Shown here: one piece after another, positions 27,131 to 38,649 of the stretch | Numbering within the stretch: position 1 is the first letter of the stretch | Layout: every line of letters begins with the position of its first letter | From: Klebsormidium nitens | Lineage: Eukaryota > Plantae > Klebsormidiophyceae | Assembly (NCBI GenBank): GCA_000708835.1 | Contig: DF237438.1 | Coordinates: 4,836 to 68,835, forward strand | Length of the DNA: 64,000 nucleotides | Direction: 5' to 3' | Made by a program: the position numbers and the translations under genes | The notes under the pieces: generated by a model | Databases searched by the model: none | The model's input: the letters and a program-made list of their open reading frames with translations, nothing else | Told to the model about the DNA's origin: nothing

Positions 27131-27695
27131 GAGTGTTGCCCAGGCTTTGCGCGTGCGTTCTAAGCGATCGTACGTGTCCAAAGCCTACCCTTCATAGTAG
27201 AGAAGGAGATATTGACCAGCCACACGTGCATGCAGGCCGGCAAAAGATTTGCATGGTCGTTATCAGACCTTTTGAGTTAACTTAATTACACATCGTTGTC
27301 TTGAGCAGACAATAGCAGCATCGAGTAAAGGTCCGCATATAACATGAGGTCGATCGGCTTCTCGCGCTCGTAATATTCAAGCAATGTCATCCAATACAAT
27401 CGCATTTTTTTGGAACCTTTGAGACCCCACTCAAAAGCGTGATTGTGGAAAGTCTTCATGGGAAAGCACACGACTGTATGCTGCGAATCCCGGGCTTCAC
27501 TCAAGCACTCAGGCATTATGTACCACCAAGACATGCATACACCAGAGACTTGGTTCTCGGTAATTCAGCATGGCCGATGTCTAGAGACATTAATGTTGCT
27601 GAAAGAGCAACAGAGGAAGAAAATTGAGCTACACAAGCTTGAGCCCCTGCTGAGGCGTCGGTCCTCCACATTCGACTAAAATTCTGCCACGTCTC

Positions 27696-27749
27696 TTGCA
27701 CGATTCACTTCTATCTGGACACGTTGCACGATCTACTTCTATCTGGACA
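27696..27749. repeat. Near-perfect 26-nt direct repeat overlapping the stop codon of the Crinkler-like gene
   Basis: TTGCACGATTCACTTCTATCTGGACA (27696-27721) versus TTGCACGATCTACTTCTATCTGGACA (27724-27749). Confidence 0.85.
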
Positions 27750-30700
27750 AGTCGTCAGACAAGTCATCATCGGACAACTCTTTGTCAGGCAACACTAACA
27801 TATTTTCGGGGATTCGCAGAACCTCGTCCCCCGCATCAGGCAGCTTCAGGCGAACCACCCATTGTTTGATGCTCTTCAGCTCGGGAGGGACCTCGTTCTC
27901 TGGAAGAGCGCCTTTTGTCATGACCATCTCCCCATCCACACCTTTTTTTTTGGGACCGGTCCACGGCTGCCAACCATAGTTATCAAACTTCTCTCCTGGA
28001 ACCGCAAGGACTACTCGAAGCTGCTTTCTACCGATGCGTTTCAGAAGGTCCAGAATCCCTTGCGCGCTGATCCCATGCCCGGGGTTGCGCGTGAACTGGA
28101 CAGCATATATCCAATCGCCACCGGGGCAGAGTAGCCCATCCCACGACTCTTGATCTCTTGTGGTTGGCCGGAGGTACGTGTGCTTCAGATCCGCCGGATT
28201 CATCCCCTCCTCCTTGCTGTCGGACACAAAATCCTTGCAGCTCCGGAACGCCTCCTTGATCTCTTCAACCGCTTCCTCCCGCTTTTCCGACTGACCCGGG
28301 TCATTCTCGGACACCTCCCCGCCCTGTCTCGCTCCCTCCTGCTTCCGAGGCCGGCCGCGCCGCTTTCGGAACACCTCCTTGATGTCGTCGTCGTCCAGGT
28401 CTACGCCCAGGACGCACCTCACATGCCCGTACGCCTCCAATGAGGACCCTGACATCTCGCCGACCCTCGGGTTGCTGGCAGCCGCGTGCAGCAGGTCCAC
28501 TAGGTCCTGCCACCGGCCCTCCTTGGCTTTTTGAAAGACGAGGTCCCCGATGCGCGGCGAACCAAGACGGAACCCATCAAACTCCAGATCTTTCGTCGCC
28601 TACATGGACAGATGGAAAAGGAGGTCAAGCGCTAGTTGTCCCTCTGCAAGTGAGTGGATGCCATTGTATACATGCTGGAGACCTAAGAGAGCCAGGCACT
28701 GCATGCCACCCAAGGTAAAAGACACGAGCAGAACGAAGACCGAGCCGAATTCTGAATGGTCGGCTATCAGTCGACCCTCCTTTGCCTCAAGCTAACTCAC
28801 TTCAATGTGCGCAAATGCATGCCGTATGGCGCTCTTCAAAGCTGCTGCGCCAAGGCGATACAGGTCCACCGCCTCCAAAGCTGAGAGTGACCTCGCAAGA
28901 CGCTCAAACGATCGGCCGGGGTCTGCCAGGACGCTCCTGACGACCCCGCCAAACTGCTCAAAGCGATTCTCCGTCTGCTTTTGTGACATATGAGGGTAGA
29001 AGCGCTGCCGGCACTCCAGCAACTCATCGAGCGTCCACACAGGGAGCCACCAGACTTCAGCGTGCCTGCGACGTCGATCCATATTGTGAGCAGGTCACAG
29101 AAGCAAAGTGCCTGCTGTGGCAAGAGCGAGGGGTCAGACGGGGTGGAAGTCTGTCTACGCCCGATGACTTATTGAGGAAGACGCAAGTGTAGGACAGCGA
29201 AAGGCCAAACAATCAGAAACCTGAGAGGATTCAGAGACACCCTGCCAGGACTGCAACGTCGAAGATATACAGCCACAATTCAATTGACCCATAACAGAAC
29301 AGCATCGGATGAAGAAACGAGCCGCGAGGGAACTAAGATTTGCGCAATTCGAGCTCAGGCAAGAACCAAGGACTTTGGCCACTTTGAGGTCCATGATCAC
29401 TCCAACCATGAAGAAGTTAACTTTGGAGGTCTGTTGACAATGGTCCGAATACTTACTTCCCCTTGACAAACTCCATGTAATTGTCAGAATTGGGCGAGCA
29501 CAGTACCACCCAGCGACCGTAGCCCGGGAACTGCGTTTCACGGGGAGCCCGTCCATCTTGTACTAGCCAGACAGAAGGGCGCTCGCAGAGGTCTGCAACA
29601 CAAGAGAGGATAATCATTGCTGGTGAGCATGAGTAGAGCCCTGTCACTTCCCGCTTTATTATAGCCCAAACCAAGAGAGAGTGCGCCTTCTAAGGTGAAT
29701 ATACTGTCGCCCTGACTTCCTGGGGGAAACATGCTCACACTGAGCATCCACCAACATATAACCTTCGCAATTGTTTGAAGCCGGAAGCCAAGCATACACC
29801 TTTGCTGCCAAACAATGGTTTCACAGTGCAACATGTCAAACTGTTCGCTTACCTTGAATGGATTGCCAGTAAGCAGTGCCTTCAGAAGCCTTTTTGACAG
29901 TGATCGCCGACGGATTGGAGAAATCGAAGAAAAGTATGGTGTCCTTTCTGATCCTATCCATGTACCTGCGAGGCAGACTGATAGGGTTGGCACAGAAGAA
30001 GGAAGCACGTGGTCCCTCGTCGTGGAAGGCCTTGTTAGAAGGAAGGCGCTCAGCAACACACGCTAGCAGGCGACTACAAGGCGACTACAAAGTCAGCCAG
30101 GACTGGTGTATGCACACCTGTATGCCACTTGTGCCCCCTGCTTTGCCAACCGGTGCAGGAGGAGGACAGCAAAGGCAGACTTTCCGATGCCCGGGGTGCC
30201 ACTCAGGATGACCGCAAAGTTGTTCCCAAGAATCTCGAGCTTCTTCAGCACCGTGCGATAGCACTCCCGGATGACAATGCTATCCCTCAGGCCTGGCGGC
30301 AGTCCCTCCCGAAGCTTGGGNNNNNNNNNNNNNNNNNNNNGATCATTGCTGGTGAGTATGAGTAGAGCCCTGTCACTTCCCGCTTTATTATAGCTCAAAC
30401 CAAGAGAGAGTGCGCCTCCTAAGGTGAATATACCGTCACCCTGACTTCCTAGGGGAAACATGTTCACACTGAGCATCCACCGACATATAACCTTCGCAAT
30501 TGTTTGAAGCCGGAAGCCAAGCATACACCTTTGCTGCCAAACAATGGTTTCAAAGTGCAACATGTCAAACTGTTCGCTTACCTTGAATGGATTGCCAGTA
30601 AGCAGTGCCTTCAGAAGCCTTCTTGACATTGATCGCCAGCGGATTGGAGAAATCGAAGAAAAGTATGGTGTCCTTTCTGATCGTATCCATGTACCTGCGA

Positions 30701-32344
30701 GGCAGACTGATAGGGTTGGCACAGGAGAAGGAAGCACGTGGTCCCTCGTCAGGGAAGGCCTTGTTAGAAGGAAGGCGCTCAGCAACACACGCTAGCAGGC
30801 GACTACAAGGCGACTACAAAGTCAGCCAGGACTGGTGTATGCACACCTGTATGCCACTTGTGCCCCCTGCTTTGCCAACCGGTGCAGGAGGAGGACAGCA
30901 AAGGCGGACTTTCCGATGCCCGGGGTGCCACTCAGGATGACCGCAAAGTTGTTCCCAAGAACCTCGAGCTTCTTCAGCACCGTGCGATAGCACTCCCGGA
31001 TGACAATGCTATCCCTCAGGCCTGGCGGCAGTCCCTCCCGAAGCTCAGGCGGAATCTGGATGACTCCACTGGCAGTGTCCGCTTGCGCAATGAATTCAGC
31101 GTACTTCTGGAGCCTCTCTGGAACAAAAAGCAAATCAACAGTGTGGTGGGGGCTGACTACCGGCAGATCAGACACTTCCGCTCGGATGCAAGAAAATTCA
31201 CACCAGCCTCCCACGAAGCGAATCGCCTTTGTGGTGGGCACTGCCCAGTGGCAGAACCTGAGTTGTGCCAATGCAGGAACTCTACACCAGTCAAACAGCA
31301 CCTGAAACAGCAATCAAATAGAAGACAATGCTGACAGGTGCGACAAGCGCTTCAGCACACAGCGCAAACAGGTGGAAACAGGTACAGAGACTTACCCAAG
31401 ACTGCAGGGTCTGGAACCCCCGCCGCTGCACACGACAGAAGCTATCTGTCAGCATTCCACACGCAGTCACTGAATAAGCCAACTGCATATGCTAAGCAGG
31501 CTATGAGGTTGGAAATAGTTTCTCTGCACCGCAAAACTGTTCCGCCTGCATGTTGCCATGACCCACAGAGCAACCCACCAACCTCAGGCAAACACAGATA
31601 CAAACACCCTTCTTAAGCAGCAACAATCGAGACAGATTGCCATGGCTCATTGAGCAGACACCTGAACTGCAGGCAAAGAGGGATAGAAAACCCTCTGTGC
31701 GGTGTGCCATACCACTCTCTTTGCGAAACATCGACAAGCAGCAGGGGAATTGCCTGCAGCACAACATTGGCAGCAGAACGCCTCTCATGGTCTTTTCACA
31801 TCTGTGCGCTGCTTTGCTGGGCTGCTCCAAGGAGACCGCCCTCCATGCGTAAGACGACGGGAGACGTACCTGGTGTCTGCTGCAGCTTCAACTTTTCCAC
31901 CTCCGCCTGCGCGAGCGCGGTCAGTCGCTGCTCCAGCGCGACCAGTCTTTGCTCCAACAACTCCGTGCTCTTGCCTGCAGCCGCAGCAGTGTCGATCTGG
32001 TTCTCCAAGCGTTCAATTCTCTTCTCCGCACGCTGGATACTCGACTTGAGGGCCTGTGCCTCTTCCTTGACCCGGTCAGCCTGAGGTGCACTATCAAGTC
32101 CGTTGGAACTTCCGGTAGACTCTGCTTGCCCCTGGGGAATTTTCGCCCTCGGCAAGAAGCTTCTCAGTCCTGAGCCCACGCTGTACTCGGAATGGGACCT
32201 GCCCAGCCTCGATCCCTCAACCAGAGGGCGAGGAAGTGTCCTCAAAGGGAACAGCTGGGGAGTGACAGGGGCAATGTCTGCCTGCCTGCGCGAAAATAAA
32301 GCTCTCGCCCCAGCCACCTGGAAGAGCACTGCGGCAGACGCCAT
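27739..32344 (-). CDS. Crinkler/RHS-like protein: coiled-coil header, P-loop NTPase and PD-(D/E)xK-like restriction-endonuclease domain
   Basis: Phase-consistent exons: 32344-31870, 31117-30847, 30694-30582 (duplicate 29965-29853), 29592-29457, 29065-28801, 28599-27739. Motifs: IVIRECY...AVILSGTPGIGKSAF (Walker A), VWLVQDG (Walker B-like), VVLCSPN, WWLPVWTLDELLEC, FEQFGGVVRSVL, GSSLEAYGH, YLRPTTRDQESWDG...AVQFTRNPGHGISAQG...VVLAVPGEKF. Confidence 0.85.
29613..31049. repeat. About 708-bp imperfect direct duplication (29613-30320 versus 30342-31049, offset 729) covering exons 2-3 of the Crinkler-like gene
   Basis: The copies align end to end with scattered substitutions and are separated by the N gap. 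Confidence 0.9.
30321..30340. other. Assembly gap (20 N)
   Basis: Run of n in the sequence; the true length is unknown. Confidence 1.
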
Positions 32345-32745
32345 TAACCTCACCAGTGACGTCCCGCAGAAACCAGTGGATGCGGCGCCTGAGCCATTCC
32401 AACCTGCCACAGCCCTCGCACTCGACTTCGATCACGGTGTTGGTTGAAGAGCCCAGATTTTAGTCCGAACTTCATTTGGCTTGCTGAATGATCACGGCGA
32501 TTCTTACCCCATTATCGCTTTGATCTGGTTACACTTCGGGTTAGATGATAGAGTCGGTGAAGACGAGCTGGCTGTCGCCCAGGCGAAGGCCCAGGCCCAG
32601 GCCGAGGGCCTACAGACGTGCTACAGACGCTGTGCATTCGAAGTCAGCTGGGAATATGTGCATGGCGGCGTGCCTGTCCCCGCCTGCCTCACACCGCTGC
32701 CAGCTAGTCCTGAGAGGTGATACCTGAATGGTGCCCTCGCTTCAG

Positions 32746-34987
32746 GCCAGCCCCGCCGCAGCGGACGAGGATCTGAAGCTGTCCGTCTCAGAGCAAAATC
32801 TGTTGCGCAATGCTGACCCCCAGCGAGCAGACTCAGAGCGCACCCCATGGTGGACCGGCCTCGTTCTGTGCTCTGCCATCCTCGCAGTCTCCAGCGCCGC
32901 TGCTGCCTTTAAGTACATCGAAGGAGCAGCCCCCATCACGAGGGCGGGATGGAGGCTGCAGGTGGGGGGCCGACTGTTGGGAGCTACAACCCTCTGAACT
33001 GCCCATGTTATGAGAAATTCTTGCTGACAGTGCTGCAGCTTTTGTGCCCTACCCGCCTGCATCCGTTGGTCCTTAAGTCCCCTTAGCCCCCCTTGCTGCA
33101 TGACTCAGTTGCTGTTGCTGTGTGGCAGGTGACCACCCTGGCGGTGAGCCCCCTTGCGTATGCTCAGTGGCGCACGCTGGCCCCCGAGCTGCGGCGGCGT
33201 GCGGGGCAGCCTGCCACGCTGGGGCTGCTGGCGCTGTCGGGGGCGTGCCTGGCGGTCCACTTTGGCACCTGGGTCTACAGCATTGATCACACCAGTGAGC
33301 AACGGCTGCCCACCTTGGCAGACTCTTGTGCTTTGCTCTCAGTCTGGGAATATTTGCTTCAGCCCCAATACTTAGCAGCTCAAGATGCGCCAGCGATATC
33401 ATACACTAAAATGTCTGGCAGACATTTTAGTCTGCCAGACATTAGTCTGGATGCCTGTGACATGATGCACAACATGTGGTGGCGGTGTTCTTTCCCCTGC
33501 CCGTCTTCAGGCCGTCTTCATCTTCTTGGTTGATGTTGTTCCTGAGCCTTAAGCTGGCTCTGCCGTCTCTTTTGCCAGGCCTGCCCCACTCGCTGCTCCT
33601 GGTGTGCTCCAGTCCACTGGTCCTCGCGGTTGCGTACTGCCTCACTTGCCGGCCCATCTCGTGGGGGGAGATCGGTGGGGTGGCCCTGGGCACGGGGGGC
33701 GCAGCCCTGCTGGCGCTGTCAGCCAAGAGCGACCGGGATGTGACTGTGCAGGGGGACGTGGCCGCGGTCCTGGCTGCGGCAGCCTTCTGTGGCTACATCA
33801 CGTGTGGGAAGAGCCTGCGAGGTGCGCGTCTTGTTTTGTTCCCTGTCATTTTGGGGCCGTGCCAGAATCAATCTACTGCCACAGGACCACAGTATTCCTA
33901 CGTAGCCACAGTAGAGTCTTGACTCTGTCACCTTACTTCACTAGACTTGACTACCCTCTGAAATTCTGATGACCTATACTGTGAACTTCGAAATTGACTG
34001 AACAGGCCCGGCCTTTCGAGGCCTTTCGAGGAACTGCAGAAGGCCGGCCTGTGCTTTTCGCCTTCCTTTACGTGTCCTTTTGACCCCGTTTCATCTGCTC
34101 CCTTGCAGACTGGCTCCCTTTGTTTTGCTACTCCTTCCCAGTCTCCCTAGTAGCCGCGCTGCTCCTGGCATCTGCTGGCATGGTGCTGGAAGGGTCGGGC
34201 GGCCTGGTGGACAACCGGCTGACGGGGCCCTTCTCCTTTGTGACCCACTCGGCGTACCTGCTCCCAGTGCTGTACCTCGCACTGGGGCCCGGCATCGTGA
34301 GTGGGCCACCCGCAGCATGTCGCAAAGTTTTGCAGGGATCCTATCTCATAATGCTGTTCTTTTACGAGCAACATTTTCCAGACACTGTTCTGACCTCAAA
34401 GGTGAATTTTTGGTTGAGGGATGCCATTTGCCTGTAACACTGCTCTGGCCTTTTTCTATAAAACGTGTTTGCTCCAATTGCCCGATTCCCACGTCTTTCG
34501 CTCTTGGTTGTCAGGTGGGCCATGCCGGCCTGAACGCGGTGCTGCGGTACATGAGTCCGCTGTCGCTCAGCCTGGCGGTCTGCGTGGAGCCGCTGCTGGG
34601 CAGCCTGCTCGGCTGGGGGCTGCAGGTGTCGGCACTGCCAAGGTAAGCCCGCTTTGGGCCATGCGCCCAAGAACACGGAAGTTCTTTCCAATCTTTGAAT
34701 GAAATCCCGGATATTGTTTGGTCAATTCTGTGGGGTCTGGGACGTGATTTGAACTGGTACTAACTTTTCATGCCACCAGTCCGTAGTCAAGCTAACTGGG
34801 TCGTACAAAAGTCTGGCATGTGGCGTTCTTGCGAAGCACGCGTTCCTGCCTGCTTGCCAGAATATTCACTTGGGCGGGCGGGGTGCTGCTGATCGTGGCG
34901 ACCATCGTCACTCAAATGGCTAGCCAGCAGCGGCTGGAATTGGCCAAAAGGCGGCCCGGGGGTACCGAGCTGGTGAGAAGTCGTTGA
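32746..34987 (+). CDS. EamA/DMT-superfamily transporter; the true first exon and start codon upstream of 32746 are not resolved
   Basis: Multi-TM exons: WWTGLVLCSAILAVSSAAAAFKY..APITRAGWRLQ; GACLAVHFGTWVYSIDHTS; HSLLLVCSSPL; EIGGVALGTGG; VTVQGDVAAVLAA; LYLALGPGI|VGHAGLNAVLRYMSPLSLSLAVCVEPLLGSLLGW; FTWAGGVLLIVA. The 3' end could extend if the GTGAG near 34973 is used as a donor. Confidence 0.85.
34002..34052. repeat. Small inverted repeat with an internal direct repeat, in an EamA intron
   Basis: ACAGGCCCGGCCTT (34002-34015) pairs with AAGGCCGGCCTGT (34040-34052); GGCCTTTCGA occurs twice, starting in the left arm. Confidence 0.7.
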
Positions 34988-36387
34988 AAGCTTTGCACTT
35001 TACGGTCTGATTCTCTTCCAAGTGTCGACGGCCTGGTTTTTGCCTGTCCTTGCTCGTCGGGTCCTGCTGATGAGACGTATGAGACTGTCTGCCTTATGAG
35101 CCCGTTCAAGTCGAGGGAGTCGTTGATGTCATTACTATGATTGATATTGTGCAAAGACTGATTGTGCCACTGCCTTCCGCCATTGTTGCCAGGTCCTCCT
35201 TCCGCTATCCGCCCCGGACGACGTTTTGGAGGGAACGGAGGAGAAACTGTTATTTGAGGGGGAGGGGCTGGCCGCGCAGCGAGATAGGCGGGAACGGGAG
35301 GCGCTGCTGGAGGAGGGTGCCGCACTGAAGTGATTAGTAAGGGGCTTTTTTCTTCGATCGTGAAGAATCAGTCAGATACATGTCCGGAATCGAAAAAGGA
35401 TGCCGCTGGTTGAAAGCGCCGGTCCAAAGCTTTCAGTCCTTTGCTCTTTGCGGTTAGAAAGCTGGGGAGACAGGGTCTCCCCATAGATGGGGCGAAACGA
35501 GATCAAGTTGTGGAAACCAAAGACTTGGAGGTACAGCATTCAAGGACAACCATATGCGCCGTGGCACGCGAAAAAGAGTTGTTTTGACATTGATGTATCG
35601 AGTAACTTATTATGAGCGCCGCATCACGATTGTGAGGCCTTATCGGTGCTGGTACGCGCACAGGGTTCAACGGTTGCCAGTATGAGGAGTCCGCCGCTAT
35701 ATTGTCGAGACTTAGGACGAATTGAAGGAATCTTGCATGAGCGGTCTAGGCGCATCTTAATTCCATGATTCACTGAGCTGTGCGTATGATTGCAGATTTG
35801 GGGACCTGCGAGCGCAACCTGCGCGTCTAGCTGCAGGCTCACTCGTATAATGCGCCGCTGATTAGCTTCATGCATGCATCGACTAGTCCTCAACTTCACA
35901 TCGCTGACCGCCACGCGGTCACTATATATTTGCCTGATCGATTGTCACTGCATGATCGACTGAAGCTGGGGTGCGTGTCAGTGTAAAATTTAGTCCATGA
36001 CACTCACGTTGACATGTGCATGAAGATGCAGATGACGACCCATGCATGGTGACCCGATGGGGTTCTTTTCTTAAGCGCTCAATGCCAGAACCCTCAATTC
36101 ATGTTTCATGTACGCACATATGCACGTTGCAACCAACTTTCCAGGGCCAAGCTAAACCCGGCGAATACGCAACGAGTCGCAGGAGACAGCTGCGGAAGGT
36201 CATCGCCCATCTTTTCAGCGTAAGCGAGATGAGCATGGTGAAGACCAGATCGGCACGCCGCAGCCATTAAAAATCGACGGCCTGCTAACGCATGCAGACA
36301 AAACAACAAAATTGTTGCAAGAGCGAGTTGGTTCTACCAAGCAGACTCGGTTTCGCAGATATTTTGTCCGCAGCAATCATCCTCGTT

Positions 36388-38288
36388 CTATGCCTTGACG
36401 GCTTGCTTCGGCTTCTCGGGCACCTTGGTGTCGGGCGGCGGCGCGGGGTTCTTGACGTCGAGCATGCCCTTCTCCTTGAGCTTCGGGTCGAAGCGCAGGC
36501 TCTCCGTCGACTGCCGCGCCGCGTAGCTGGCCTTCAACTCGGCCTCCACCCGCCGCGCCACTTGCTTCAGGGCCTTCGCTGTCGGGGGCCCCGGCGCGGC
36601 CTCCTCCACCGCCGCCTTCTCATCGTCCGTCATCAGCGGGCGCACGTCCAGCGGGTTCTCCCACCTGCGGCCGAGTGGAGCGAGCCGGGGTGAGGCACAG
36701 CGCAGAGGGACAGGAGTCAACGACCTGGGCAGTCTTTTCCAGGCACAAATTGAGTAGGGAGAGAGGTTAGAAAGCCGCTCACAAGTGCCCAAGTTAGGGT
36801 TCACGCTTTCAACAGATACGCCAACGGTTGACAAAAGTGAACGGCGGCTGTGCGCCTTGGCGTCTGCTTTGTCGGCGCCTCTGGTCTGTAAACATTCGTT
36901 CAAGACAAGACGTGAACCTCATCAGATTCTCCAGCTAGGGAGAGTGTTCAATGCCCATCCTGCTTTTCCCCCGCTCAACGTCCGCTGGCGACCCACAAAC
37001 TCGGCGGCATGCCGCCTGATGTCGACTCACCTGTTTTGCTCGGGCCCGTTGTCGTTCCCTGTCGGCCGGTAGCCCAGCTCGGCAATCCAGGCGTCGCGGA
37101 TGGCCTCCAGCGCGCTGCGCCTGGGTGCCTTGATGTGCTGCACCTTGACGGCCCAGCACTGCAGGGGCACGCGCGCAAAGTGCAGCCGCAGAGAGGGGCC
37201 GATCTGCACGGCGCCAAGCACGGCGCGGATCAGGGACGAGGGCGAGCGAGAGACTCCTGCCAGCTGTATATCCCAGCGAACTGAGGACAGCTTTGGACCC
37301 CATATCCGTACGCGACTTCAACTGCACAGAAGACATGTCCTGGTAACACAGTGTGTGTTGATGGAAGAGAAAGCAAGCCGGACACCAGAAAAAAGTAAAA
37401 ACCCTAAAACCCTAAAACCCTAACGAGTTTAAGTCCCACTTCGTGTGTTTCAGAAACTGTCTCGCAGGGCGGCTCTCGGGCTTTGGTGCTCTCACCGCAC
37501 GGGAGATGCCCACGTGACGGACGACTTTCTCTTCATCGAAGATCGCATACACGCTGGCCTTGGCGTCCGCCTGCGAGCAGTCCGCAATCTTGCCCTCCTC
37601 CGTCAAGAACGGCACCAGCGGCAGCTCCGCCAGGGGGGTCACCGGAGCAGCACCACGCCCCGCCCGCCGCGCAGCCGCCTGCCGCCGCTCATACTCCGCT
37701 TTCGCAGCGGCAGTGGCCGCCCGGGTGGCTTCTGCAGAACCGACGAAGAACCACTTCAAAGAGCGCTGCGGATTGTTATGCGGAAACTTGCGGAACGTCC
37801 AGCCAACCGTCAAGCACACGAGGAGGAAACCAAAGGTTGCCAGTACAGACGTGCACGCGCTGTATCTGTTGCCACCAGCAATGCAGCGAGGCACATACTG
37901 TACGGCAAAGCGGTTTGCTCGGCATATTTCCAATCTGCTACGACAGTGGTGCCGCTGTTCACACATGACGGAACATTCCAGCTGCCTTCTCGAGTCGATC
38001 CCGCAACTGAGTCTGTTAGTGCCCACCTGCGTGCTGGTCCGCCAGCTCTAGTTTCTTCTTCCACGCTGGCTCGCCCTCCGCTCCGCCCTCCGCCGCAGCC
38101 GCGCGCACCGCAACCGAGTGAGATCTCCCTTGCGGCTTGGCTGTTCTGCTACCTTGCTTAACGCCCAGCAACCCAATGACACCGTTCTTGAGCGCAAGCT
38201 CCTGTGTGTGTGTTTCTCCTAGCCCCTGACTACGGAGGGCGGGAGACCCCGCTAGGAAGCGAGGTGCAACGGTTATAACCGTAGCCAT
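36388..38288 (-). CDS. Probably plastid-targeted GIY-YIG-domain protein (GRXS16-N-like/cyanobacterial type, without glutaredoxin)
   Basis: Exon 1 MATVITVAPRFLAGSPALR...SVAVRAAAAE (transit-peptide-like). Domain: ASVYAIFDEEKVVRHVGISRA|IGPSLRLHFARVP...SALEAIRDAWIAELGYRPTGNDNGPEQNR|WENPLDVRPLM...LRFDPKLKEKGMLD. Confidence 0.8.
37398..37423 (-). repeat. Interstitial telomere-like repeat (TTTTAGGG)x3 in an intron
   Basis: The + strand reads AAAACCCT AAAACCCT AAAACCCT AA. Confidence 0.8.
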
Positions 38289-38649
38289 GATAACTCTACA
38301 CGCAACTCTTTCTAGCCTAGCAGAAACGACCTGGGAAACAAGAGAACTCGAGGATGAGCAGTCTGGAGGAAAACTTAAGCAACTCGAATCTTGTCGATCG
38401 TCCAATCTGCATGACCATTGAAACAGACTCGAGATGTCAGCTTGTGGTCAAGATGGGAACACAATCGATACGACGAAATCGGATCGGCTCCTCTTCTCTG
38501 TGATATCTACCTTTAGTGGATCTTGGCTGAATCTCGCTGAGTAGCGGGACGATCCTCTTTCAGCGAATGGAGTATGACAGCCAGAGAGTATAGGAGAATG
38601 CAGCTCGATGCTGGCGGTGCTGCCACGTTCTTGTAAAGATGCTCACCGC

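Noticed and set aside
34912-35325. 137-aa minus-strand ORF downstream of EamA
   Set aside because: Pro-rich antisense frame over the EamA last exon and 3' region, with no domain evidence.
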